NCBI GenBank assembly: GCA_036229005.1
Contig: JAZAMN010000034.1
Coordinates: 1 to 64,000, forward strand
Direction: 5' to 3'
Source of the DNA: Myxococcota bacterium
Lineage (GTDB): Bacteria; Myxococcota_A; UBA796; CAJQPC01
Length of the DNA: 64,000 nt
The translations under genes and the position numbers were made by a program. Positions 39,076 through 48,257 of the stretch are shown here, piece after piece (position 1 is the first letter of the stretch; each line of letters opens with the position of its first letter). The notes under the pieces are model-generated. The model ran no database searches and was not told where the DNA came from. It was given only the letters and a program-made list of their open reading frames with translations.

Positions 39076-40007
39076 TTCTTTCCGTCCAGACCCAGCTCGC
39101 GCAGGATTCGGGGGTTCTCACTCCAGCGCGACTGCACGCTGACGTGAAGCTCCAGGTGCACGCGGCAGCCCAGCAGCTTGATGATGTCCTTGCGGGCCTG
39201 GGTCCCGATGCGCTTGAGCATCGACCCGCCCTTTCCGATGACGATGCCCTTCTGGGAGGAGCGCTCCACCAGGATGCGCGCCATGATGCGGACGCGGGGG
39301 CTCTCGTTCTCCCGCTCCTCCTCTTCGAAGGCCTCGATCTGCACCGCGGTGCTGTAGGGCAGCTCCTGCTCCAGGTTGTGGAAGAGCTTCTCGCGGATGA
39401 GCTCGCTCACCACAAAACGCTCCGTCCCATCGACGAGCTGATCCTTGGGGAAGAAGGGCGGGCTCTCCCGCATCAGCGCGCCGAGCTGCTCCATGAGCTG
39501 CGGGACCCCGTCCCCCTTGAGGGCACTGAGCGGCACGACCGCCTTGAACTCCCCCTGCCCGCTCCAGGCCTCGATGACCGGCAGCGACCACATGGGGTCC
39601 ACCACGTCGACCTTGTTCAGGCCCAGGACGATGGGGACCTTGGCCTTCTGGCACATCTTGAGCAGGACCTCCTCCCCCTTGGAGAGGATGGGCTTTTCGG
39701 CCTGGGCCTGGTGCACCGCCGGGACCAGATCCACCAGCAACAGGACGGCGTCGACCTCCTGCAGGGTGGCCTCGACCTCCCGCACGATGGCGCGGTTCAG
39801 GGCGCTCTTGGCCTTGTGGTGCCCGGGGGTGTCCACCAGCACCATCTGCAGTTCGGGCGTGTTGTAGATGCCCACCACCCGGTTTCGGGTGGTCTGGGCC
39901 TTGTTCGAGGTGATCGACACCTTCTCGCCCAGGATCTTGTTCAGCAGGGTGCTCTTGCCGGTGTTGGGCCGGCCGAAGATGCCCACGTAGCCGCTGCGAT
40001 GAGTCAA
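39072..40007 (-). CDS. era: GTPase Era
   Basis: GRPNTGKS, QTTR, DTPG, NKVD, QELPYS, KH motif VIGKGG. Confidence 0.97.
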   Translation of the reverse strand: MTHRSGYVGIFGRPNTGKSTLLNKILGEKVSITSNKAQTTRNRVVGIYNTPELQMVLVDTPGHHKAKSALNRAIVREVEATLQEVDAVLLLVDLVPAVHQAQAEKPILSKGEEVLLKMCQKAKVPIVLGLNKVDVVDPMWSLPVIEAWSGQGEFKAVVPLSALKGDGVPQLMEQLGALMRESPPFFPKDQLVDGTERFVVSELIREKLFHNLEQELPYSTAVQIEAFEEEERENESPRVRIMARILVERSSQKGIVIGKGGSMLKRIGTQARKDIIKLLGCRVHLELHVSVQSRWSENPRILRELGLDGKK

Positions 40008-40693
40008 TTGTTCTCCTGCGCGAGCGCGACCAGAGCGCGCTCCGCCGCTTGGGTCTGGGCGGCCTTGGCCTTTCGGCCGCTCCCGCGAGCGACCTCCTTG
40101 CCATCCAGGTCCACCGCCCAGACAAAGGTCAGATCATGCGGCGGCCCGAACTTCTCTACCTCTCGGTACTTGGGCTCCAGTCGCCACATCTTCACGCAAA
40201 GCTCCTGCAGCTCGCTCTTGGGGTGCTTCTTGAAGGTGCCCGCGTCCGTGATGCTGTCCAGGGCACCCTCAAAGCGGGACGCCACTATTGACTGGCAGGC
40301 TTGAAAGCCAGCCTCCAGGAAGACTGCACCCAACATCGCCTCGAAGGCGTTGGCGAGCAGGCTGTCCTTATCCCGTCCAGCCGGCTCCTCCCCCTTTCCG
40401 AGCACCAGCAGGGCCCCCAGGTTCAGCTCCCGGGCCAGCTCAGCCAGGAACTCATTGCGGATGAGCTGCGCCCGGATGCGGGACATCGCACCCTCATCCG
40501 CGCTGGGGAAGCGCTGGAAGATCTCCGCCGTGATGGTGGTCTTGAGGACCGCATCCCCCAGGTATTCCAGGCGCTCGTTGTATCCGCTGGCCAGGCCCTC
40601 TTCGGCCGCCGAGCGGTGGCACATGGCCAGCTCAAGGCGCTCGGTGTCCTGGAGGGTGATCCCCAGGGCCGTCTGTAAATCATCCAAGTTCAC
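40004..40693 (-). CDS. rnc: Ribonuclease III
   Basis: NERLEYLGDAVL signature; dsRBD PKSELQE, GPPH. Confidence 0.96.
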   Translation of the reverse strand: MNLDDLQTALGITLQDTERLELAMCHRSAAEEGLASGYNERLEYLGDAVLKTTITAEIFQRFPSADEGAMSRIRAQLIRNEFLAELARELNLGALLVLGKGEEPAGRDKDSLLANAFEAMLGAVFLEAGFQACQSIVASRFEGALDSITDAGTFKKHPKSELQELCVKMWRLEPKYREVEKFGPPHDLTFVWAVDLDGKEVARGSGRKAKAAQTQAAERALVALAQENN

Positions 40694-41751
40694 GCTTCAC
40701 TCTCCTGCACAGCCCGGCGGATCCATCCCCCCCCGAGCACGCGTTCGTTTCGGTACAAGACCACGGCCTGACCGGGCGCGACGGCCCAGATCGGCTCTTC
40801 AAAGGTGACGGTGACCTTGGGGTCGCCGTCGTCGATCCAGGCAGCGACCTCGCCCCCGTTGTGCCGGATCCGCGCCACGATGCGCTCCCCGGGCTCCGGA
40901 CGGTCGAACCAGGTCCACCCCTGGGCGATCAGCCCCTGGTGCCAGAGACCGTCCGCCCCCCCGACCACAACCCGCCGCGTATCCGCCTCGATGCGCTCGA
41001 CGTAGAGGCGCCGGGAGCCGGCCACCCGCAGGCCCCGCCGCTGCCCGACGGTGTAGCGGAAGTAGCCATCGTGCTGCCCCAGCACCCGCCCCTGGGTGTC
41101 CACGATGTCCCCGCTGCCGTCCAGATCAGGGTTCTGCTCCTGGACGAAGCGCGCGTGGTCGTTGTCCGGGATGAAGCAGATATCCTGGCTCTCCGCCTTC
41201 TTGGCGGTCACCAGCCCCAACCGCTCCGCGTGCGCCCGGACCTGGGGCTTGGTCATGCCCCCCAGCGGGAAGCGGGTCTTGGCCAGGGCCTTCTGGCTCA
41301 TGGGGAAGAGGAAGTAGGTCTGGTCCTTGTCCCGGTCCACCGCCCGGAGGAGCTGGCCTCCCTCGATCCGGGCATAGTGTCCGGTGGCGAGGCCATCAGC
41401 CCCCAGCGCCAGCGAGCGCTCCAGCAGCACCCGGAACTTGAGCACGCCATTGCACTGGATGCAGGGGTTGGGGGTGGCGCCGCGGACGTAGGTCTTGGCC
41501 AGGTCCTCCATCACCGCCTTGCGGAAGGCCGTGCGCAGATCCAGCACGTGGAAGGGGATCCCCAGCCGGTCGGCCACAGCCCGGGCGTCCAGCGCATCAT
41601 CCAGCCCACAGCAGGCACCCGCCCGGTCCGGGTCCGGGGCGTCGTGGAGCTTCATGTGGACGCCGATCACCTTGTGACCTTGCTCCTGAAGCAGGGCCGC
41701 CACCACCGAGGAGTCCACACCGCCGCTCATCGCGGCCACCACCGTCGCCAT
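40690..41751 (-). CDS. mnmA: tRNA 2-thiouridylase MnmA (CxxC type)
   Basis: AMSGGVDSS, TPNPCIQCN, ATGHYAR, KDQTYFL, ESQDICF, APGQAVV. Confidence 0.96.
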   Translation of the reverse strand: MATVVAAMSGGVDSSVVAALLQEQGHKVIGVHMKLHDAPDPDRAGACCGLDDALDARAVADRLGIPFHVLDLRTAFRKAVMEDLAKTYVRGATPNPCIQCNGVLKFRVLLERSLALGADGLATGHYARIEGGQLLRAVDRDKDQTYFLFPMSQKALAKTRFPLGGMTKPQVRAHAERLGLVTAKKAESQDICFIPDNDHARFVQEQNPDLDGSGDIVDTQGRVLGQHDGYFRYTVGQRRGLRVAGSRRLYVERIEADTRRVVVGGADGLWHQGLIAQGWTWFDRPEPGERIVARIRHNGGEVAAWIDDGDPKVTVTFEEPIWAVAPGQAVVLYRNERVLGGGWIRRAVQESEA

Positions 41752-41752
41752 C

Positions 41753-42826
41753 TCAGCTCCCCTCCAGGCCGCGCAGGCGCCCTACGACCACTCGCAGCGC
41801 CTGGATCGCCCGATCGATGTCCTCCCCCCGCGTGTTCCAACCCAGCGACAGCCGCAGGGCCGAGTGCTCGATGCCCATGGCCAGCAGTACGGAAGAGGCC
41901 GATGCCGCGCCGCTCGCGCACGCCGAGCCCGCAGACGCACAGACGCCCTCCAGGTCCAGCCCCATCACCAGCATGTCCGATGGGAGACCCTCGAACACGA
42001 CATTGCAGGTGTTCCAGAGCCGCTCGGCCCCAGCGCCCGTCACTTGGCCGCCGAGCTCGACCACGGCGGCCTCCAGGCGGTCACGGAGGGCCCGCAACTC
42101 GGCGCTGTGGGACAGGGTCGCCACCACACCGAGGCTCGCGATGGGCGCGGGGTTGAGGGTGCCTGCCCGTCGGCCGCGCTCCTGCCCCCCGCCAAAGGTC
42201 TGCGGAGCGGTCTGGACGCCCCTGCGCATGATCAGCGCCCCGGCCCCCTTGAGGCCACCGGCCTTGTGCCCGGTCACCGTGATGAGATCCCAGCGCTCGG
42301 GGGCGGCGTGGCGACCGATGAGCTGGGCGCAGTCCAGATGCAGCAGGCAGCCGTGAGCGGCGCAAAGCTCGGCGATCGGGTCGATGTCCTGCAGTACCCC
42401 GGTCTCGTTGTTCGCCGCGATCAGCGAGAGCAGCGCCGCGCCTTCCTGCAGCGCAGCCTCCAGGGCATCCAGGCGCAGGCGCCCCTGGGCGTCCACCGGG
42501 AGCACTGCCCCACCGCGCTCCCGGACGGCCTCGATGACCGAGGGGTGCTCCACCGCGCTGCACAAGACCCGGCCCGGAGTCCCCAGGACCGCCAGGTTGT
42601 TGGCCTCCGTCGCACCCGAGGTCAGCACGATGTCCTTGGACCGCGCCCCCGCCCACTCGGCGAGCTGCCCGCGTGCCCGCTCGATGGCGGCGTGCGGCGC
42701 CCGGCCCAGGCTGTGCGACGACCCGCTGTTGCCCCAGTGCTCCGTGATGAGCGGCAGCGCGGCCTCCAACACCGCGGGGTGCGGCGGCGAGGTCGCGTTG
42801 TGGTCCAGGTAGATGGGCTGGGTCAT
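41753..42826 (-). CDS. Cysteine desulfurase (IscS/NifS group), likely MnmA partner
   Basis: YLDHNAT, TSGATEANN, NNETG, GHK PLP lysine, SAGSAC. Confidence 0.92.
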   Translation of the reverse strand: MTQPIYLDHNATSPPHPAVLEAALPLITEHWGNSGSSHSLGRAPHAAIERARGQLAEWAGARSKDIVLTSGATEANNLAVLGTPGRVLCSAVEHPSVIEAVRERGGAVLPVDAQGRLRLDALEAALQEGAALLSLIAANNETGVLQDIDPIAELCAAHGCLLHLDCAQLIGRHAAPERWDLITVTGHKAGGLKGAGALIMRRGVQTAPQTFGGGQERGRRAGTLNPAPIASLGVVATLSHSAELRALRDRLEAAVVELGGQVTGAGAERLWNTCNVVFEGLPSDMLVMGLDLEGVCASAGSACASGAASASSVLLAMGIEHSALRLSLGWNTRGEDIDRAIQALRVVVGRLRGLEGS

Positions 42827-43179
42827 CGGTCGGAGGTGGGCTGGGGTTCGAAGCCGGCGACGTACACTAAGGGCTCCAGAGCGCGTCTGCGGGCAGGACC
42901 GATGCCCTTTACCCGCTCCAGCGATGAAACCGAAAGGAAAGGCCCCCGACTATCTCTGTCGGAGACGATGCGCCCGGACAGCGCAGGCCCGATGCCCGGG
43001 AGCGCCTCCAGCTCCTTGGCGGACGCAGCGTTCAGGTCCAGCTTCCCGGCCACCACCAGGTCTCTCGCGAAGCGCGTAGGGACCTCGACCGGCGCCGCCG
43101 CCACCGCACCACGATGCTGCAGCCCCAGCGCCCCGAGCAGGCAGAGGATCCCGATTCCCCCCGGCAGAGAAGGCCTCAC
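42823..43179 (-). CDS. ComEA-family helix-hairpin-helix DNA-binding protein
   Basis: LDLNAAS..ELEALPGIGP, LERVKGIGP; N-terminal hydrophobic segment. Confidence 0.85.
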   Translation of the reverse strand: MRPSLPGGIGILCLLGALGLQHRGAVAAAPVEVPTRFARDLVVAGKLDLNAASAKELEALPGIGPALSGRIVSDRDSRGPFLSVSSLERVKGIGPARRRALEPLVYVAGFEPQPTSDR

Positions 43180-43619
43180 CCCAACGACTCCAGCAAGCCC
43201 TGGGCTCTAGGACCAGTCGCGCTCAAGGTGGCCCGCCGGCCCTCCCCTTCGTCCTGGAGATGGATCTCCAGGTGGTCGGCAGGCAGCACCTCCGGGAAGC
43301 GCTCGGCCCACTCGATGAGCGCCACGCCCTGCTCCATGTGCTCGTCCAACCCCAGCTCCACCAGCTCCTCCGCATCGCAGAGGCGGTACAGGTCCGCGTG
43401 CGCGAGGGTCAGGCGGCCGCTGTGCAGGGCCAGGATGATGAAGGTCGGCGAGCTCACCCGGCCCTGGACCCCAAGCCCCCGGCCAACCCCTTGGGCGAAG
43501 GTGGTCTTGCCCCCACCCAGCTCCCCTCGGAGCGCCACGACGAGGCCCGGATAGGCCAGCTCGGCCACCCGCTGCCCCAGGGCGACGGTGGCCTCCGCGT
43601 TCGGAAGATGTATCTGCAT
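43176..43619 (-). CDS. tsaE: tRNA t6A biosynthesis ATPase TsaE
   Basis: GELGGGKTT, VSSPTF, HADLYRL, IEWAE. Confidence 0.95.
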   Translation of the reverse strand: MQIHLPNAEATVALGQRVAELAYPGLVVALRGELGGGKTTFAQGVGRGLGVQGRVSSPTFIILALHSGRLTLAHADLYRLCDAEELVELGLDEHMEQGVALIEWAERFPEVLPADHLEIHLQDEGEGRRATLSATGPRAQGLLESLG

Positions 43620-43625
43620 GGCCCT

Positions 43626-43654
43626 TGAATGCCTGCCCGCGCTCGAAGGGTCAA
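43626..43654 (-). promoter_or_regulatory. Candidate leaderless sigma70 promoter for tsaE
   Basis: TTGACC-N17-CATTCA-N6-ATG. Confidence 0.5.
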
Positions 43655-43787
43655 GGGGGAGCGGCTGTGGGATCCACCAAAGCCCTGGCCACACCGCCTC
43701 CCATCTCGGTCTCCCCCATCCCCGACAACCCTCCCCCCAGCGAGGTCACGCGATCCCGATCGCAACCGGAGCGCTCCGGGGTGCCCT

Positions 43788-45224
43788 TCAGAGGAGGCGA
43801 CGCCAGGGGATCAGCGGTCCCCGCTGCTGAACCGAGGCCAGCGCCGCGGGCAGCTCCAGGGCCAACTCCGAGGCCCGCAGGCCCACGCCAAGCCGCTCCC
43901 CTGCCCAGCCATGCACCCAGGCCGCCGCCGCCATCGCGTCGCCCGCGTTCAAGCCCCGCGCCAGCAGCGCGCCCACCGCACCGGCCAGCACATCGCCGCT
44001 CCCCCCGACCGCCAGCTCCGGCCCCCCGGGCAGGTTGACCCGCAGCGCCCGGTCCAGCACCAGGGTGTGCCGCCCCTTGAGCAGCACGGGCGCGATGCCG
44101 CGGAGGGCGCGCACCGCCTCCAGGCGGGAGGCCTGCACCTCCTGGGCGCTCCAACCCAGGAGGCCACCGGCCTCGCCCGGGTGGGGCGTGATGACGCGCG
44201 GGTGCTTGGACGGCTCGGGGGCCTGTCCCAGCGCGCGGAGGGCGTCGGCATCAAAGATCGCAGGCTGCCGCAACGTTCGCCACAGCTCCCGCATCTCTGC
44301 GTCCCGCTGTCGCCCGACTCCAGGCCCGACGACCACAGCGTCGGCGCCGCCCGTGTCCATGTCCAGGCGCAGCATGACCTCTGGTGGGAGCAGCGCTCCC
44401 AGGCGAGGGAGCGCGGCGGCGGGGGCGTGGAGCGTGACCAGGCCGGCGCCCATTCCCAGGGCGCCAAGGCAGGTCAGCACCGCAGCGCCAGCCATCTCCA
44501 GGCTCCCAGCGACCACCGCGACGCGACCGCGGCTGGCTTTGTGCTCAGCCTGTCCTCGCTGCGGGAGCAGTGTGCAGAGATCCTGGGCGTCCAGGATCTG
44601 GGCGGTGGGGGCGCTGGGTTCGCAGAGGCCGATCTCGGCTCCCTCCAGGACCCCGCAGAGCCCGGAGGACTCCAGCAGGTGGCCCACCCGGACCGGGCCG
44701 AAGAACACGCTGCGCTGGGCCTTGACGGCTGGGCCCAGGACCCGCCCATCCTCCCCCTGGACGCCGCTGGGCAGATCGACGGCCAGGACGGGCGCGGGGT
44801 GGGCATTGATGGCGGCGACGCGCTCTGCTGGCGCTCTGCTGATGGGCCGATCCAGGCCGGTTCCGAAGAGCGCATCGACGATGACGCTGCAGTCCCCGAG
44901 CTCCTGGACAGTGGGGACCCCGTGGGCGAGGGCCGCCGCGCGCATGGTCTCGCAGTCAGGGCTGCGCGCCCCCTCCCACTCCCAGACCCGCACCGTGAGG
45001 CCCCTGCGGTGGAGGTGCCGGGCGATGACCCAGCCGTCCCCGCCGTTGTTGCCCCGACCGCAGACCACCGTGACGCCGCCGCTGCAGTCGAAGTGCTCCA
45101 GCAGGCTCGCGGTGGCGGCCAGGCCGGCCTGCTCCATGAGCGCCAAGGAGGGCACGCCCAGGTCCTGAATGCTGCGGCGATCCAGCTCGCGGATCTGCGT
45201 GGCGCTCAGGACCGGGAGGCTCAC
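43788..45224 (-). CDS. nnr: Bifunctional NAD(P)H-hydrate epimerase/dehydratase
   Basis: LMEQAG, GRGNNGGDG, VDALFGTG, DLPSG, ITPHPGEA, GGSGDVLAG. Confidence 0.93.
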   Translation of the reverse strand: MSLPVLSATQIRELDRRSIQDLGVPSLALMEQAGLAATASLLEHFDCSGGVTVVCGRGNNGGDGWVIARHLHRRGLTVRVWEWEGARSPDCETMRAAALAHGVPTVQELGDCSVIVDALFGTGLDRPISRAPAERVAAINAHPAPVLAVDLPSGVQGEDGRVLGPAVKAQRSVFFGPVRVGHLLESSGLCGVLEGAEIGLCEPSAPTAQILDAQDLCTLLPQRGQAEHKASRGRVAVVAGSLEMAGAAVLTCLGALGMGAGLVTLHAPAAALPRLGALLPPEVMLRLDMDTGGADAVVVGPGVGRQRDAEMRELWRTLRQPAIFDADALRALGQAPEPSKHPRVITPHPGEAGGLLGWSAQEVQASRLEAVRALRGIAPVLLKGRHTLVLDRALRVNLPGGPELAVGGSGDVLAGAVGALLARGLNAGDAMAAAAWVHGWAGERLGVGLRASELALELPAALASVQQRGPLIPWRRLL

Positions 45225-46492
45225 GCCATGGCCTCGATCGCGGAGGCGGCGAGCTGGGAGAGGGCCTGGGCGTGCCGATCAGCGTCGGCCTGGCTGCGGG
45301 CCTCGACCAGGGTGCGGAGCTTGGGCTCGGTGCCCGAGTAGCGCAGGAAGACGCGGGTGGCGCCGTCCTGCAGGGCCGCCGACTGGGCCTCCGCCAGCCC
45401 GGGGATGGTCTCGAGCGGCGGACGGCTGGCGACCTTGGCGTTGACCAGCGCGCTGGGGTCCGGCACCCAGTCAGCCAAGGCCTCGTGGAGCATGGGGTCC
45501 TTCTCCAGCACGCGGAGCGCGGTGAGCAGGCCGTCTCCAGTGGGGAAGCCTGAGGGGACCAGGATGTGACCGGACGGCTCCCCGCCCACCTGCCAGCGGC
45601 GCTCCAGCATTGCGCTCGAGACCTGGCGGTCCCCCACCCCGGCCCGGATGAAGGGGATCTTCTCTTCGCCCAGGCGGCGCTCCAGGGCGGCGTTGCTCAT
45701 GACCGTGCCCACGACCCCCTGGGGGTGCCGCAGCATCCACAGGATGGCGTCGCCGTCGAGGATGCGGCCGTTTCGGTCGATGAGGACGCAGCGGTCGGCG
45801 TCCCCGTCCAGGCAGATGCCCAGATCGCAGCCCTCGTCCACCACGACCTTCGCGAGCACCTCGGGGTGGACCGCGCCCAGGCCCTCGTTGATGTTCCGGC
45901 CATCGGGCTCGATGCCGATGGCGTGGACCTTCGCGCCCAGGCGACGAAGCATCTCGGGCGCGCTGCGGAAGGCCGCCCCGTTGGCGCAGTCGACGGCGAT
46001 CTTGAGGTCGTGCAGCCAGAGCCCGCGGACCTCTGACTCGACGATGCGCAGGTAGTCCTCGAGGCCGTCATCGCGGCTGCGGACGCGCAGGGTGGCGCCC
46101 CAGCTCCAACTGCTGTCGTCGGTGCCGGCCTCGATGCGGCGCTCCTGATCCGGGCTGGGCTTGCGCCCGCTGGAGAGCAGGACCTTGACCCCGTTGTCGT
46201 GCCAGGGGTTGTGGCTCGCGGTGATCGCGACGCCGCCCACGCCCTTGCCGTCCGCGAGCATCGCGCTCAGCGCCGGGGTCGGGAGCACGCCGAGGTCCAT
46301 GACCTCACCACCCAGGCCGTTGGCGAGGGCCTCCACCAGCTCCGGGCCGCTCTCGCGGGTGTCCCGGACGATGAACACCGCGCCGTCGCCGTAGAAGTTC
46401 CGGAGCGAGCCGCCCAGTCCCCGCAGGACGCTTGGAGTCAGCGGGGGCTCGCCCACGCGTCCACGGACGCCATCGGTGCCAAAGAGCTTCAT
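45221..46492 (-). CDS. glmM: Phosphoglucosamine mutase
   Basis: FGTDGVRG, ITASHNP, DGDADR, GGEPSGH, RYSGTEP; follows cdaA-cdaR. Confidence 0.93.
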   Translation of the reverse strand: MKLFGTDGVRGRVGEPPLTPSVLRGLGGSLRNFYGDGAVFIVRDTRESGPELVEALANGLGGEVMDLGVLPTPALSAMLADGKGVGGVAITASHNPWHDNGVKVLLSSGRKPSPDQERRIEAGTDDSSWSWGATLRVRSRDDGLEDYLRIVESEVRGLWLHDLKIAVDCANGAAFRSAPEMLRRLGAKVHAIGIEPDGRNINEGLGAVHPEVLAKVVVDEGCDLGICLDGDADRCVLIDRNGRILDGDAILWMLRHPQGVVGTVMSNAALERRLGEEKIPFIRAGVGDRQVSSAMLERRWQVGGEPSGHILVPSGFPTGDGLLTALRVLEKDPMLHEALADWVPDPSALVNAKVASRPPLETIPGLAEAQSAALQDGATRVFLRYSGTEPKLRTLVEARSQADADRHAQALSQLAASAIEAMA

Positions 46493-47454
46493 TGTGACAG
46501 GGGCTCCACGTTGATCTTGGGGGGTTCAAGGGCCGTGACGACCAGGTCTTCGCCGCCGGGATGCACGACCTCCAGCCGCGCGCCGCTGGAGTTCAAGCCG
46601 ACCTCCAGCGTCTCCCAGGGCTGCTCCGATGGCAGGACCACCATCACGGTGAGCGCGTCCAGCTCCAGGGCCTGGAGGTCGGCGACAGGACCCTCCAGGA
46701 CGACGCTCACCCGCTTGGTCTGGCTCTCCCAGCCCGGGTCCCTGCAGACTACCGGAACGTCCGTGAAGGTGCGCGTCGAGTTCAGCGCTTCGATGCGAAG
46801 CTCCGCGCTCACCGGGCCCGGGTAGGCCATCCGGAGAGGATCGGGCAGGTCCAGTGAGACCTTCCGCGTGGCGCCCGCGGTGAGTCCATCCAAGACCAGC
46901 GCGCGCGTGACCACGCGGTCCAGCTTCTCGACCGCGGACTCCGGCCCGACGATCTCGACGCTCGGGGGGTCCAGCACGACCTCGGCCAGGCGGAAGCCCT
47001 TGGCGGGGCTGCCGACGACCACCGGCTCCAGGCGAACGGGCCGACTGGCCTCCGGCTCGAGCTCGACCTGCAGGCTGTTGGGCTTGAGGGCCATCACGGC
47101 GATGCCCTCGGGGAGCCCCTGGATGGGCGTGTCCACGAAGTCCACGCTCTGCTTTCCCGGGCCGAGCTCGGACAGATCCACCGACAACGACAGGTCGCGC
47201 CGCTCCAGGGCCCGCGTCAGGTTCTGAGGGCCGTTGACGGTCACGCGCACGCGCTTGGCGGGGGTCTGCGTGAGCACGAGGCCTTCGGGGAGCTGGTACT
47301 CCACCTGAGCCCAGGCCGACGCCGGTAGCACGCGCTCGCCCTGGATCCAGGTCCAGGCCAGCACCGCCAGCGCGCCGGTGAGCAGCTTCCAGCCCAGGTT
47401 CTCCAGGAAGAGGTCCCGGATGAAGCGGCGCAGGCCCTTGCGATCCCGGCTCAT
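46489..47454 (-). CDS. CdaR/YbbR-domain regulator
   Basis: ENLGWKLL N-terminal TM followed by repeated YbbR-like units (V.V.GP); lies between cdaA and glmM. Confidence 0.85.
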   Translation of the reverse strand: MSRDRKGLRRFIRDLFLENLGWKLLTGALAVLAWTWIQGERVLPASAWAQVEYQLPEGLVLTQTPAKRVRVTVNGPQNLTRALERRDLSLSVDLSELGPGKQSVDFVDTPIQGLPEGIAVMALKPNSLQVELEPEASRPVRLEPVVVGSPAKGFRLAEVVLDPPSVEIVGPESAVEKLDRVVTRALVLDGLTAGATRKVSLDLPDPLRMAYPGPVSAELRIEALNSTRTFTDVPVVCRDPGWESQTKRVSVVLEGPVADLQALELDALTVMVVLPSEQPWETLEVGLNSSGARLEVVHPGGEDLVVTALEPPKINVEPLSQ

Positions 47455-48257
47455 GCGCGCCCCCAGCTCCAGCCCTTGGAGCGCGTCCCGGGCTGGAAGA
47501 TGCTCTGGAGCTGCTCACGGAGGGCGTTGGTGTCGGACACAGGCGTGAGGGCGCCCTGATGGACCAGGCTGACGGTTCCGCGCTCTTCGGAGACCACGAG
47601 CACGACGGCATCGGTCTCCTCGCTGAGGCCCAGAGCCGCCCGATGGCGGGTTCCGAAGTAGCGGGCGATGTCCTGGGTGAGGGACAGAGGGAGGAACACC
47701 TTTGCTGCGCTCATCCTCCCCTTCTGCACCACCAGAGCACCATCGTGCAGGGGCGAGGTGGGGTGGAAGATGCTGACGAGGAGATCCTGGCTCAGCACGG
47801 CGTCCAGGCGGTGGCCCGACTGCACCAGCTCGTCCAGGGAAGCGTCCCGCTCCAGCACCACGAGCGCGCCGATGCGGCGGCTGGCCAGGGCGAACACGGC
47901 CTGCACCAGCTCCTCGGAGATCTGGGTCCCCTCCCCGCCTCCGAAGCCGGAGAAGAAGCCCCCGCCAGCGCGGGCCAGCCCCCGGCGGATGTCGTTCTGG
48001 AAGAGGATCAGCACGGCGAGCACGATGTAGACAAAGAACTTGTCCAGCAGCCAGCCCACCGCGTAGAGCTGCACGCGCTGAGAGAGCGCGTAGAGACCCG
48101 CGAGGCCCACAAGGCCGATCAGCGACTGCAGCGCCCGGGTGCCCTTGAGGATCTTGAAGATCCGGTAGGCGATGAACCAGATGAGCAGGATGTCGATGCC
48201 ATCCCGCAGGCTGATGTCCCACAGGACGGTGCCCTGCAGCCACTGGATCAGGCCCAT
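47451..48257 (-). CDS. cdaA: Membrane diadenylate cyclase
   Basis: Three TM segments; PLHDGA, GTRHRAA, VSEERG. Confidence 0.95.
   Translation of the reverse strand: MGLIQWLQGTVLWDISLRDGIDILLIWFIAYRIFKILKGTRALQSLIGLVGLAGLYALSQRVQLYAVGWLLDKFFVYIVLAVLILFQNDIRRGLARAGGGFFSGFGGGEGTQISEELVQAVFALASRRIGALVVLERDASLDELVQSGHRLDAVLSQDLLVSIFHPTSPLHDGALVVQKGRMSAAKVFLPLSLTQDIARYFGTRHRAALGLSEETDAVVLVVSEERGTVSLVHQGALTPVSDTNALREQLQSIFQPGTRSKGWSWGRA

Noticed and set aside
43651..44154. 167-aa ORF running into the nnr-tsaE gap
   Set aside because: Mostly overlaps nnr out of frame, is Gly/Arg-rich with low complexity, and the gap contains a promoter-like element.
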